Assembly (NCBI GenBank): GCA_028534125.1
Contig: CM052816.1
Coordinates: 69,008,001-69,072,000, forward strand
DNA from: Lama glama
Taxonomy: Eukaryota
Length of the DNA: 64,000 nucleotides
Direction of reading: 5' to 3'
Part shown: positions 53,540 to 64,000 of the stretch, in pieces
Layout: each line of letters starts with the position of its first letter
Position numbering within the stretch: the first letter of the stretch is position 1
Notes under the pieces: model-generated
What the model saw: the letters and a program-made list of their open reading frames with translations, nothing else
The model's database searches: none
Told to the model about the DNA's origin: nothing
Translations under genes and position numbers: made by a program

Positions 53540-54545
53540 CGCGGGGCAGGGCGGGGTACACGTACTCTCTCCCTACGGAGCCTGCCTGGGCGCTGGGCCC
53601 CCGGAAAAGGCCGTGCCCACGCCGCGGATCCCCGAGCGAGGCCGCGAGCGTGATGCGGCGCAACAGCTGCAGGGCGCCAGCCGCTCTGCCCGCCCCGGCT
53701 CAGCCCCCGCGCTGGTTGGGGGCGGTGCCCCCCGGCCCGGCTCCCGCTCTCGGCCGCGGGCGGGGAGGGGCCGGAGCAGGTAGCTGGGCCGCCGCCCGGG
53801 AGCGAGCACGGGGCGCGGGGCCGCCGCGGCGGGATGGGGCGGCTCGGGGCCCGCCGCCTCGTCCTGTTCGCCGCCTGCCTGGGGCTCTGCGGGGCGCTCG
53901 GAGGTACGCGCCCCCAACTTCCCTCTGCCCGTCCCTTCCCGGGAGGGCTGCGCGCGGAGCCCGCTAGGAGAGGGGCGCGAGCGGGGCGAGCGGGGAGGAG
54001 GCGCGGGCGGGGAGCGCCCTGTGTTCTGGGGGCCCCAGAAGTCGCCGCGGCCGGGCTGGTTCCGCGGCGACCGCGACTTGAACTCTCAGGCCGGGCCTTC
54101 GCAGGCGGGCAGCCGGGCAGCCGGGGGAGGAGACCAGTCGGCCCTGCGCGGTGGCTGCAGCGCCTCCGCGGGAACCTTCCAGCTCCCCTCCCCGCGCGGC
54201 CCGGCCCCTCCGACCCCGGCCAGTTCGCGAGCCCCCGGGGCGGGCCCGGCCCTGCCCTGCCCTGCCCTTCGCGCGGACTTCGCCACGAATTTGGGTTTCA
54301 GGGCCGGACGCTTGGTGGCACTCGGACGAGCAGAAGGAAGGCGTCCTGCTGTCCTCCCTTCTCAATCTTTTCAGCTCTGCTCCTTCCCTGGCCCCGGCCC
54401 CGGCCCGGGAGAGCTACTCGCCTGCATGTGACCCTCAGGGCTTTGAGGGCCTTAAACTCCTCGCCGAAACTCTTCGGTCGCTGGCGTATTATTCCTTAAG
54501 TCCTTCCACAGTCCGCTTGCATTTTCTGGACCCGATTCGCTGGAA
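53540..54545. promoter_or_regulatory. CSPG4B: CpG island / TATA-less promoter of CSPG4B with GC boxes
   Basis: Very GC- and CpG-rich; GGGCGGGG at about 53549 and 53758; spans exon 1. Confidence 0.88.
53834..53903 (+). CDS. CSPG4B: CSPG4-like (CSPG4B) coding exon 1: signal peptide
   Basis: Strong Kozak GGGATGG; MGRLGARRLVLFAACLGLCGALG with basic n-region and hydrophobic h-region; donor GAG/GTACGC is phase 1 and joins exon 2 in frame (..LG-A-SFYGES). Confidence 0.8.
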
Positions 54546-54891
54546 GTGCTTTACATTTTCATGGCGCTTTTCCGAAGTCAAAGATTATTAATAAAAGCAT
54601 AGTTGTTGAGACTTTTCACATAACTGAGCTCAACACTTGGTCTTTTCTGCTCTCCATGGCTCTTTGAAATTTAATTCAGCTTAACAAGACTTTCTTCTAG
54701 ACTCTTTAGAGAGCACGTTGTAGACCAAAGGCCTTGTAAATCTTTGTGGTGTTGGGATTAAATTCTGAACGCTTATTTACTTCATGTTAGGCGATTTCAC
54801 TAGAAGTTTTGGCGTAGTAGCCACACCTCACCTTCTCTCACCCCTGCGCCTGCCTCCTTCCAGCTCCTCCAGCTCTGAGTCAATCCTGCTG

Positions 54892-55030
54892 GGTTTTTGT
54901 TTTTGTTTTTGCAGCGGGGAGGTAACTAGGTTTATTTATTCGGTTCTTCAGTGGAGGTACTGGGGATTGAACCCAGGACCTCATGCACACTGATCATGCA
55001 CTCTACCGCTTGAGGTATACCCTCCTCCCC
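54892..55030 (-). mobile_element. tRNA-Ala-derived SINE (vic-1-like) with 12-bp TSD
   Basis: Reverse complement of the 6405 element; TSD TCAATCCTGCTG at 54880-54891 and 55031-55042. Confidence 0.9.
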
Positions 55031-55639
55031 TCAATCCTGCTGTTTTGAGGCCTTTCCAGGCTCCTCCGTCTTCGTCCTTCCTTCCTGATTCTTCCTTTGC
55101 CTGCCTCCACCGCCCCTTCTGGCCTGGCATGCAGGGTGGAACCGGCCAGGTCTAGGGGCCCAGGTGTGGGGCCGCTGTGATTGTGGCAGTGGTGTGGCTT
55201 TGAGAGAGGAGTTGCTAGCTGCAGGCCAGGGAGATTTGAGAGGGCAGAGAATGGCGCTGGGGGGCAGACTGGGTGGTGATGGGGCCTGAGCCAGTGACCC
55301 AAGTGGTCAGTGTAGGGTGATGGAAAGCCCATGGCTTTGGAGTCAGGTGGACTTGGGCTTCAATCTGGGTGCCACCGTATATATTCAGTGACTGGGACAA
55401 TTACTTCTCTTGGTCTTGATGTTGCACTTGTAAAACTGGGATGATAATTGTTTCTTCAGAGAAATTTGACTAAAATAGGTGTAAGACCTCCTAACAGCCT
55501 GACAACTACTCAGTGAATGCCCATTCCTCTCCTTTCCTCATCATCTGTGCAGTTAACCTGGCTATGAGGCAAAGAGCCAGTGGGTTAGATATCCATTTAG
55601 GGGTACAGAATGTGGATAAAGGAGATTTATTAAATAAAG

Positions 55640-55800
55640 AATTCTCCTAGAGCCTCCAGCAGGAATGCAGCCCTGCAGACACCTTGATTTTAACTCAGGG
55701 AGACCTATTTTGGACTTCTAACCTCTGGAACAGTGAGACAATAAATCTGTGTTATTTTAAGACATTACATTAGTGGCAATTGGTTATAGCAACGGGAAAT
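55640..55800 (+). mobile_element. MLT1B/C/D-like LTR 3' fragment
   Basis: ATTCTCCTAGAGCCTCCAG...CAGACACCTTGATTTT...GGACTTCTAACCTC...GTGAGACAATAAATCTGTGTT. Confidence 0.8.
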
Positions 55801-56383
55801 TTATAGAGGGAGTTTCTGTCCTAGTAAAAGAGATCATACAAAGGGCCATATAATTCTGACAGAAGATGACACATGTCGCCAGAGAGGGATGAGGGGCTGG
55901 GAGCCTTAGGGAAGTTTCTGTCTCTGTGCAGAGTGAGCCTGGCTCCAGCACCTACTCCAAAGGCTGTGGCTGGGACCTGGAAAGCTCCCAGCCAGTGGTG
56001 GAGAAAGCATAGACCTGTATAAATGTCACATGTGGCACATTCAGATTAGGACAGAGGCTCTGCTGTCACTAAGGAGGTAGTTGTCAGCTCAGCTGGGGCT
56101 GGCCAGGGACCAGGACGGCCTCACTGCTTCATTCCAGGGGGCACTACAGGAATCTACAGCGTCTGCAGGAGTAGTTCCCCCTGGAGTTGTGCGGGACACA
56201 GTCTGCACAACTGTTGGCAGCAGGCTTACAGCATGCCCTATTGAGAGGGGGTTCGGGCAGGGCAATGCTGGCGTTGTCTTTGCAACCTGAGCAGTTGGCC
56301 TGGAGACTGATGTTTTTCTTATTAGGTCACTAATCCACCTCCTGATACTACCTGGCACACTGGAGGTGCTCCATCTAGTGAAT

Positions 56384-56432
56384 CAAACAAAACAAAACAA
56401 AACAAACAAACAAACAAAAAAAAAACAAAAAA
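56384..56432. repeat. (CAAA/CAAAA)n A-rich simple repeat
   Basis: Direct reading. Confidence 0.85.
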
Positions 56433-57639
56433 ACTCTAATACAAACCAAAATCAAACAAGAACCCAAAATAATATAGGTTGGAAGAAGGAATGGAAACTA
56501 GTTCTAAGGTAGATAAAACCAATAATATAATCACCTACCTGGGAGATATTATAGAGAAATGGAAATTCTTACCTTCCATGAAGAGCATTTTACCCACTTC
56601 ACTGTCAAGCTATGGCTTCTATTCAAACATTTCACCTTTTTCTTAAGCATACAGAACCAGGAAGTCGCTCTGATTTTTGTTCAGCTTGATTTGCTACACG
56701 CATATAGTACCAAAACATGCCTTGTCCTTCACTGCAGGTGGAGATCACCTTTCTTTTCCTATGAACCAGTTTTACTTGTGCTTCTGTTTGCTTTTTCTTA
56801 CTATTTTGAGGTGTTTACCATGGGCCACAAAAGTTAGGGTCAATTCGGAGGTGAGGACAAAAACCAGCTTCAATCTGGCAAACCATAAGTTTTAAACCTG
56901 CTTCCTTGTTTTTCCCCTGAGGTGATGGAAATTTCTAGCTACCAGCTGAAACTGGAATTGATGTAGTGCCAGAGGTGAAATGTGGGAAAATAGAAGGATG
57001 TTGTTTATTAAGGTTACTTAGCCATTCTCGGCAGTAGATTTTATGATTTAGAAAACATTTCCTGGTTTTGAAAACTTAACAATATAGCCTGTCAAAAATT
57101 GGAGCGGGGGATTCAGTAATGGGAAGGCCAGGAGGATAAACTAAGATAGTGGGTTTGTAATTGTTTGTTTCAACTTTATGACCACATCCCTACATTATAA
57201 TTTTATTGAGTTTAATCATCAATGGCTGTTTTTAAATAGAGAAGAGGGTGCTTATGCATATCTGAGAAAATCTGTAACAGATCATATTCATCTCTCTATC
57301 AGCTTCGCATCTTGGTAAAAACACTGCCTTGGTGATTGGGAATGCTTAATTTTTGTCTTAGTTCTGTTTCTGAGTAACTGTTGACTTGACATAAGTCCAG
57401 AAGCTTCTTTAGGCTTGAGTTTACTCAACTATAAATTGAGGGTCCACTAGGTTAGTTCAGTTTGGTTCAATAAATGACTGCTCACTACCTATCCATCTTA
57501 CCTAGACTGGACTCCCTAGAGAGAGAGGCCTAAGGAGGGATTCTTCTGCAAGAAACTCCTGATCTACCCCTGTTCTCAGACCCATAGATTATGATTCCTG
57601 GAGACACAACAGGAGGTGTGTGAAGAGCTATAACTTAAA

Positions 57640-59760
57640 GACCATGTAAAGATCTTTCACTTAAAGTGTCGATAATGCCTGGAGGATGGAACCCACCCTG
57701 ATAGAGCACTGCTTCTGAGCTGGTGATCCAACCATTCCTTCATTAGGCTTTTCAGCAATCTCCCAGGCCTGCAGCTTCAGGGGTGTAGTACATGATAGGA
57801 CCAGAGGGTCCCGTGGTCTTCGGCTCATTACCATACCTCCTTGGGAGTGAAAAGGGTGTGCCTTGGATTGAGGTGATGTTATTTGGCATCCCATGTTAGT
57901 GGATTAAACACTCCATGATCTCTCAGATCATGGTGCTAGTAGCGCCCTGCAAGCAAGAAAGGCAAATATATACCTAGAATTTGTGTCTATTTTTGTTGAA
58001 ATGAATCATGGCTATTCCAAGGAGAAAGGGTTTCACTGATGTCAACTTGCCACCCCTCTTGAAGGGATGGGAACCTACTAGATTCTCTTAGAGGCATGTT
58101 GGGCATTCAGTAGGAGCATAGCTAAGAAAGCCTTGGTAAGAGCGAGCCCAGGCCATTGGGTATATGCACAGACTCGTCCTTCACCACCATGGCTACTTCA
58201 TCATGCACCCATTGTGGCAATTATAGGGGTGGCCAATGACGGAAGCTAGCTGATGGCAACTAGCCAACTCATTTTGTCAGCCTGATGGTTTAGTGTCTCT
58301 TGTGTGGTAGATGTTTTCTGGTGGGCATTAACATGCAATATAAAGATTTTCTCACTTCACACTGATACTCAGGCGTCCATCCCAGACCTTCTTGTCCCTG
58401 CTCTTTCAATCTTTCTCATTCTAGGCTCCTGACCATCTGACTGGGCCATTTGCCGCTATTTATAAGTCTTTATTTATTCTAACCGCAAGCCACTTCTCTC
58501 TCCTTATAAAGTGGGTGATTAGGTGTACCACCCAAAGTTCTTCCCTGTGGAGGATTTTCCCTCACTATTGTTTTTCACGGCTACCCCTAGGGGGAGCTGT
58601 AGTGCAGCTGGAGTCCATTTTCAACTTGCACACTTACGATGATGCTCACTCATCCATGCACCAAGCTCAGGTGTTTTACTCTTCTATCAGCTGGTAATAA
58701 GGGATTTCCTGGTGCAGCCGCATGTGTGAGCTGAGGAAAAGGTGCTGGCTCGAGAATGGTGCTGACATGGAGCCCTGGGCCATCATCTCTTGTAGCTTGC
58801 TTGTGCCTTCTGGTCCTATTCATGTTCCATCCTGGACGTACCACCTCCACCCCTTCAATCTCTGCTTCCACCATCTGTCATGGCGACTCTGTCATGTGTG
58901 TCTTACCTAGAGTGGGTCATTACACTTTCTGTGCTTCTAGGAGCCACCTTAGCAGTGAGTTCACAGCATTTCCAGCAGTCTTTGCCAGCAAGCTATATCC
59001 TGAATCCCTGGAGAGTGCCCCCCCATCTATTATGAACTCTTTCTGATTCAACTTTATGTCCCTGCCCCTTTGATCAGTTACCCACAGTCCCCTGTGCATT
59101 CTCCCAGCTGCTGGCACTACATTCCGGGTAGGTCCTCCAGCAACATTAGAGTCTAGTCCTTTCCTTCCCATATCAAGCCCAACGTGTCCCTACACAGGTT
59201 ATGTGGCTTAAGTTTTTGGTCTAGTGGCCAGGAAGAGAGATGGGGCGTATCTTCAGGGGTTCCATGTTACCTGTGGGGAGAGGTCTCCACATCCTCTTTA
59301 AGCGAGGGGAGTGCTACCCTTAACAGGGGAATAGGTCACTTTTTCAGGCTCAGAGGGCTCAGAGGGATCTAGGGACCCAAGATATTTGAATGCACCAATC
59401 CACATGTTCCCATTCCATATGTCAAGTTTACGTTCTTTCCCAAACAAGGCCTTAGACTCGTCAGAGCCAGCCTGTCATGGTTGGGACTTTAACCTTATTT
59501 GGAGCTATTTACTCTGATGATTAATTCCTGGATGGGAGTTTCAACTTCTTCTGCCTACTTGCTTAGGAGATAAGAAAGATACATGCTACCAGGGAAGCTC
59601 TTTGACTTTCACACTTGGCTTGTAATTGTCGACTAATCTCTCTTCGTTTTTCCTTATCTTTTCCAAAGCTTCATTTCAAACTTAGCGATAAACACCCAAT
59701 TCCATTGTCCTCATCGTTACTATTTGCCCTGTATTTTTCATAGCTTGATATTCCACAGCT
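57640..59760 (-). mobile_element. Degraded ERVL/MaLR internal region (gag, RNase H and integrase remnants) in CSPG4B intron 1
   Basis: Minus ORF 58920-59171 DQRGRDIKLNQKEFIIDGGALSRDSGYSLLAK resembles ERVL gag; RNase H-like sequence near 58530-58620 and integrase-like sequence near 57760-57890; many frame breaks. Confidence 0.75.
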
Positions 59761-60125
59761 GTCTAACGTGTTACACAAGCTCAACACCAGTGACTTCAGA
59801 TTAACCCCTGTGGAATAAAAGGAAGCAGTACTGGGTGGAGGGAGAAGTAGTTTTGCAATTCAGTTTTAGTAGAAACCTCTGCCACCCACCTTGAGAGTTC
59901 TGAAGGGGGACTGACCGATCAGAGGTGTCCTGACTTGGGGCAAGAGAACACTGAGCCTTTATGCTCCCAGGACAGATTGGTGGGCTACCCCAGGAAGCAA
60001 ATATGGCCTTGGGCAAGGCAGCTGTCTTCAGCAGGGTCAGTCCCTGAAGGAAAATGAAAATATAAAGTGGAACAGTCATTTTGGAATAAATTGACTAACT
60101 TTAATACTTCTGTTTTTTCCCCTAG

Positions 60126-60289
60126 CATCTTTTTATGGTGAAAGCTACGTGGAGCTCAACATCATAGAAGTTTCCTCTGAGTTATCTCTTCACTTAAAAT
60201 TTCAAACCAGCAAACCACAGGGATTACTTTTTCTTGCAGCTGGGAAAAATGACTACTGCATAATAGAACTTCTATCAGGAAACTTACGG
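60126..60289 (+). CDS. CSPG4B: CSPG4B coding exon 2: start of laminin G domain 1
   Basis: TTTTTTCCCCTAG acceptor; (A)SFYGESYVELNIIEVSSELSLHLKFQTSKPQGLLFLAAGKNDYCIIELLSGNLR aligns with CSPG4 ASFFGENHLEV...LLLLAAG...LYSGRLQ; donor CGG/GTAAGG; 164 nt. Confidence 0.93.
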
Positions 60290-60611
60290 GTAAGGTTTTT
60301 AAAAATCTTTAAAAACGTATAAGCATTCAGTTACTGGAGGGAAGAACAGTGAAAGAAAAGAGAATAAATACAGCTATCCATTTGATTACTACTATTTCAC
60401 TCAAATAAAACCATGTAAGGGTTAAGATCTTCTCCAGTTTTACCAGCATGTCTAAATACTCTGACTCTGAAATTTTTTAACCTCAACATGTAGCCCATAG
60501 ACGTGGGAAGAGCTTCCATGTCCAAGTTTCTCTTTTATTTGTGAATGGCCTTGTTTTCTCAATAAAACACTATGAGATGAGATTGATTAATTATGATTCT
60601 TTCTCTTTCAG

Positions 60612-63600
60612 GTGAGAGTGAATTTGGGTACAGGTGAACAAGTGTTCCTCTCTGAGCAAAGACTTCGTGTGGATGACTTGGTTTGGCATTTAGTGGAACT
60701 GCACTGTGTTAAGGGTAATATCTCTCTGGTTATTGACAAACGCTATGAGACAACTGGCCAGGTCATCAGTGGGATGCACAATTTGCACTTTCAGCATGGA
60801 ATCTACATCGCAGGCCATGGTGGCCTTGAGGTCCCTTACCTCGATGGAGAGCTCCCCAATTTCCGTGGGTGTATGGAGGATGTGATATTTAACCAGAGGG
60901 AGATCCTCACATCCCTTAGATCTTACCCTGGTTTCAAGAAAGTTTATGAGGTGTCACTAGGATGCAGTGATGAATTTTTTGCAGGGGAGGATGAAGCCAT
61001 CAATTTCTTTAGCTCCAGATCCTACGTCACCTTCCCAGAATGGAGGGTGCAAGGGGACGGGCTGTTGGAATTTGCTTTGCAGACTGGAACTCATCAAGCC
61101 TTGCTGTTATTTCAGTCTGGTAGAGAAGGAGATTTTGTTGCTTTGGAAATAGTTAAAGGTTTATTGAAGGCTCATGTAGGAAGAAATAAGAATGATACTC
61201 AGCTCTCTTCTTATAGCTTAGTTAGTGACAACAAGTGGCACATTGTTCAACTCAAGTTCACTGAAAGGTATCTGGGCCTGATGGTGGATGAACAAGGAGT
61301 AAGGACTTTGCTGCCTCTTCAAAGCAAACCATTTGTGTCTGAAGGCCACCTCTTCCTAGGAGGTCTTGATAACCACAAGGAAGAAGAAGTTAAGAGGTTA
61401 GAGCTTGCCTCTGTGCCTAGGAAATCTGCTCGAGCAATCTCTTTCAAAGGGTGCCTAAGAGGCTTGGAAGCCAACTCAGAAAAGAGAGCATTAAAGGGCG
61501 CACTTGTTTCCAAAGATATATCTGCTGGCTGTAAAATGAAGAGTAGTGATGAAGAGACTCGTTCTGTAACAGCAACGGAAAACCTGCTTGAGGCACAAGT
61601 TCCCCTGTCCACTGCCGTCCCTGAGGCAGGCAAGCCTTTTCTGCAAGATGTGAGTAGCTATTTCTTGGTTCTGAATAACTTGGAGGTTCAAGAAGGTGGG
61701 CAAGCCTTACTGGAACAAAGGCATATGAAGGTGGATGTGGAGTTGAAGGATTTGGGTATCCATCAGATACTATTTAAAATAAAGGAAATGCCTATTCATG
61801 GATTCCTTCGATTAGATGTTTGCCCTGAGCAAAAAATGGAGAAGGCTTTTACTCTGTTAGATTTGAGCCAAGGAAAAGTTTGGTACATCCATGATGGTTC
61901 AGAAGACCCGAGGGATTATTTCACATTTTCAGTCTCTTCCAGCAGCGAGAAGGAAGTGCCATTGTATCTTCAAGGACATGGTTCATTTGTGTTCAACATC
62001 ATCATCGTTCCAGTAAATGATCCCCCAAACCTTACGCTCCCTGAAGGAAACTTGCTTCTCGTGTTTGAGAACTCTAAGAAACGACTGACTCCAAATATCA
62101 TACATGTGTCAGACCCAGACACAGATTCTTCAAGTCTTAGTTTTTCAGTTCTTGGCAACTTCCATTCAGATGCTGGGTTTTTAGAAAACACCAATGACCC
62201 TGGGAGAGCCATTAGTGGTTTTACACATGGGGATTTAAGAGGTGGCAACATTTTCTGTGTGCACCGGGGCCATCGGAACTCCCGGATTCTCCTAAGAGCA
62301 AGTGATGGAGAGCTGGTTAGCAATACGGTGGTGTTACGGGTCATTGCTGTTCCTTGGGACTTTGAAGTGGCCAACAGAACCGGTGTGGTCGTACAGCAGG
62401 GTGGCACGGTTCTGATTACGCAGAGCAACTTGTCAGTGGAGGTTAATGGTGAACGCCCGGAGGTGGAGACCCGCTATGTTGTCACTCATGCACCTCAGTT
62501 TGGCCAGATTCAGCGGCAGGGGTCAAGTGGAGAGTGGAAACAAGTGAGTATCTTTTCTCAGCGTTCAATTGATCAGGGTCGGGTCCGGTACTCCAGTATA
62601 TTCCAGGAATTGCAGCTAAAAAACATTACTGATCACTTTAAATTTAAAGTTAATATAGAAGGAAAAAGCAGTGAAGAGCTGATGTTTCCCATTACCATAC
62701 AATGGCTAACATTTACCCTTCTGAAAAATGTTCCTCTTGAGATCAGTGAAATAAACAGGCACGTACTGAATTCAGATCATTTGCAGGCTGTGACAGAGGG
62801 TGTGGACATAGCCGAAGCGGAACTACATTTTAAGTTACTCACCACACCTAAGAAAGGAAAATTGCTACTTGACACAAAAGTTCTAAAAACAAACTCAGTC
62901 TTCAGCCAACAAAACATTACAGACTTCAAGATAAATTATGAACTACAGGAGAGACCCAGGAAAGATTCACAAGATACTTTCAGGTTCTTGATGATTGCAA
63001 AACACATAGAATCAAATAATTATACTTTCAGAATAAACATTAATGCAGATAAGATGCACATTATTTTAACAAACAGGGGATTGTTTGTAAAAGAAGGGGA
63101 AGGGAAATTAATTACAAGATCAGAATTATTTGCTGAAACATTGGACAATCAGACCTTCCAATATAAAATCACCAAGAGTCCTCAACACGGGAAGCTGAAA
63201 CTGATTAGCTCTTCAGAGTCTCTGGGAAGTCATGACAATATTTCCACATTCACCGATCAGGACATCCTGGATGAGCGGCTGATGTATGTGCATGATGACT
63301 CTGAGACCCAGTGTGATGAATTCCTCCTTGTGGCCTCCCCTACAGGACCAGGCCAGGAGGGAGTGGCCAGGGATCTCCGTAGGGAGCATCTGTCCGCAGA
63401 GATCAAGGTCACTGTTTCTGTGGAGTTAAAGAATGATGAGAAACCGGTGCGCGTGGTGGATAAAGTCTTTCACATTGTGCGGAACAGCCAGCGCTTACTA
63501 ACCCTAGCAGATCTCTGTTACCATGACCCGGATTCCGATTTTGACGATGGGCAGTTGCTCTACACCCGGCGGGGCATCCCGAATGGGGACTTGGTGCGAG

Positions 63601-64000
63601 CCAGTGACCCGACTCAGAAACTGTACCAGTTCAGGCAGGACGACCTGCGGGCGGGGCACGTGCTCTTCAGGCATCGAGGTGCGGACTTCGCCCGCTTTGT
63701 GCTGTTTGTGACAGACGGTGTCCACACTACATCGTCCCTTCTCGAGGTCAGTGTGTCAGACCCCTACGTGCGTATAGCCAACAACACGGGGCTGCTCGTG
63801 CAGAGAGGAAAGGACAGCAGCCTAACGACTGCCAATCTCAGTGTCACCACAAACCAAGATGTCAGAACAGATGGCGAGATCAGATTCCACATTGCGTGGC
63901 CTCCAGAGCATGGCAGAGTGCTGGTCAGCAGCTCAAGGGCTGGCTCATTCTCTCTACATGACTTGAAGCAAGGACATGTGATTTATAGGCATGACGGCAG
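60612..64000 (+). CDS. CSPG4B: CSPG4B giant exon 3 (partial, runs off window): remainder of LamG1, LamG2 and several CSPG/cadherin-like repeats
   Basis: TTCTCTTTCAG acceptor; hand translation shows about 1129 codons without a stop: VRVNLGTGE...NFRGCMEDV...LGCSDEF...SFKGCLR...LEVQEGG...YIHDGSE...PVNDPP...YVHDDSE...YRHDG. Confidence 0.95.
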   Translation, partial: MRVNLGTGEQVFLSEQRLRVDDLVWHLVELHCVKGNISLVIDKRYETTGQVISGMHNLHFQHGIYIAGHGGLEVPYLDGELPNFRGCMEDVIFNQREILTSLRSYPGFKKVYEVSLGCSDEFFAGEDEAINFFSSRSYVTFPEWRVQGDGLLEFALQTGTHQALLLFQSGREGDFVALEIVKGLLKAHVGRNKNDTQLSSYSLVSDNKWHIVQLKFTERYLGLMVDEQGVRTLLPLQSKPFVSEGHLFLGGLDNHKEEEVKRLELASVPRKSARAISFKGCLRGLEANSEKRALKGALVSKDISAGCKMKSSDEETRSVTATENLLEAQVPLSTAVPEAGKPFLQDVSSYFLVLNNLEVQEGGQALLEQRHMKVDVELKDLGIHQILFKIKEMPIHGFLRLDVCPEQKMEKAFTLLDLSQGKVWYIHDGSEDPRDYFTFSVSSSSEKEVPLYLQGHGSFVFNIIIVPVNDPPNLTLPEGNLLLVFENSKKRLTPNIIHVSDPDTDSSSLSFSVLGNFHSDAGFLENTNDPGRAISGFTHGDLRGGNIFCVHRGHRNSRILLRASDGELVSNTVVLRVIAVPWDFEVANRTGVVVQQGGTVLITQSNLSVEVNGERPEVETRYVVTHAPQFGQIQRQGSSGEWKQVSIFSQRSIDQGRVRYSSIFQELQLKNITDHFKFKVNIEGKSSEELMFPITIQWLTFTLLKNVPLEISEINRHVLNSDHLQAVTEGVDIAEAELHFKLLTTPKKGKLLLDTKVLKTNSVFSQQNITDFKINYELQERPRKDSQDTFRFLMIAKHIESNNYTFRININADKMHIILTNRGLFVKEGEGKLITRSELFAETLDNQTFQYKITKSPQHGKLKLISSSESLGSHDNISTFTDQDILDERLMYVHDDSETQCDEFLLVASPTGPGQEGVARDLRREHLSAEIKVTVSVELKNDEKPVRVVDKVFHIVRNSQRLLTLADLCYHDPDSDFDDGQLLYTRRGIPNGDLVRASDPTQKLYQFRQDDLRAGHVLFRHRGADFARFVLFVTDGVHTTSSLLEVSVSDPYVRIANNTGLLVQRGKDSSLTTANLSVTTNQDVRTDGEIRFHIAWPPEHGRVLVSSSRAGSFSLHDLKQGHVIYRHDG

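Noticed and set aside
53904..54591. Long Arg/Pro/Gly-rich ORFs on both strands
   Set aside because: Stop-poor CpG-island artefacts; only the first 70 nt of the 53834 ORF splice into CSPG4B
61970..62428. 152-aa antisense ORF and other short ORFs within 60967-63725
   Set aside because: Shadows of the real CSPG4B reading frame

Overview
Mammalian genomic DNA, most likely camelid: it carries two copies of a tRNA-Ala-like SINE and young L1 3' tails of the camelid/artiodactyl type (inference). There are two + strand genes. (1) A complete three-exon ESM1 (endocan) gene: CDS 2759-3059, 6141-6293 and 9889-9989, 184 aa, with a TATA box at 2653 and a poly(A) signal at 11401. (2) The 5' part of a CSPG4/NG2 paralogue, most likely CSPG4B: CpG-island signal-peptide exon 53834-53903, a 164-nt exon 60126-60289, and a giant exon from 60612 that I read as stop-free to the window end. 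The supplied ORF track misses exons 2 and 3. The ~42 kb between the genes holds L1, L2, MIR, MLT/ERVL LTR and DNA-transposon relics and one 500-N gap; a second 500-N gap near CSPG4B is flanked by a probable false duplication. Notable non-genic structures are a 105-bp fold-back palindrome, a 71-bp dispersed templated duplication, a divergent pair of CTCF-like sites and an ETS/FOX motif cluster. I found no prokaryotic-type system. The best 'understudied system' candidate is the intact CSPG4B, which appears to lack the canonical NG2 chondroitin-sulfate attachment serine.
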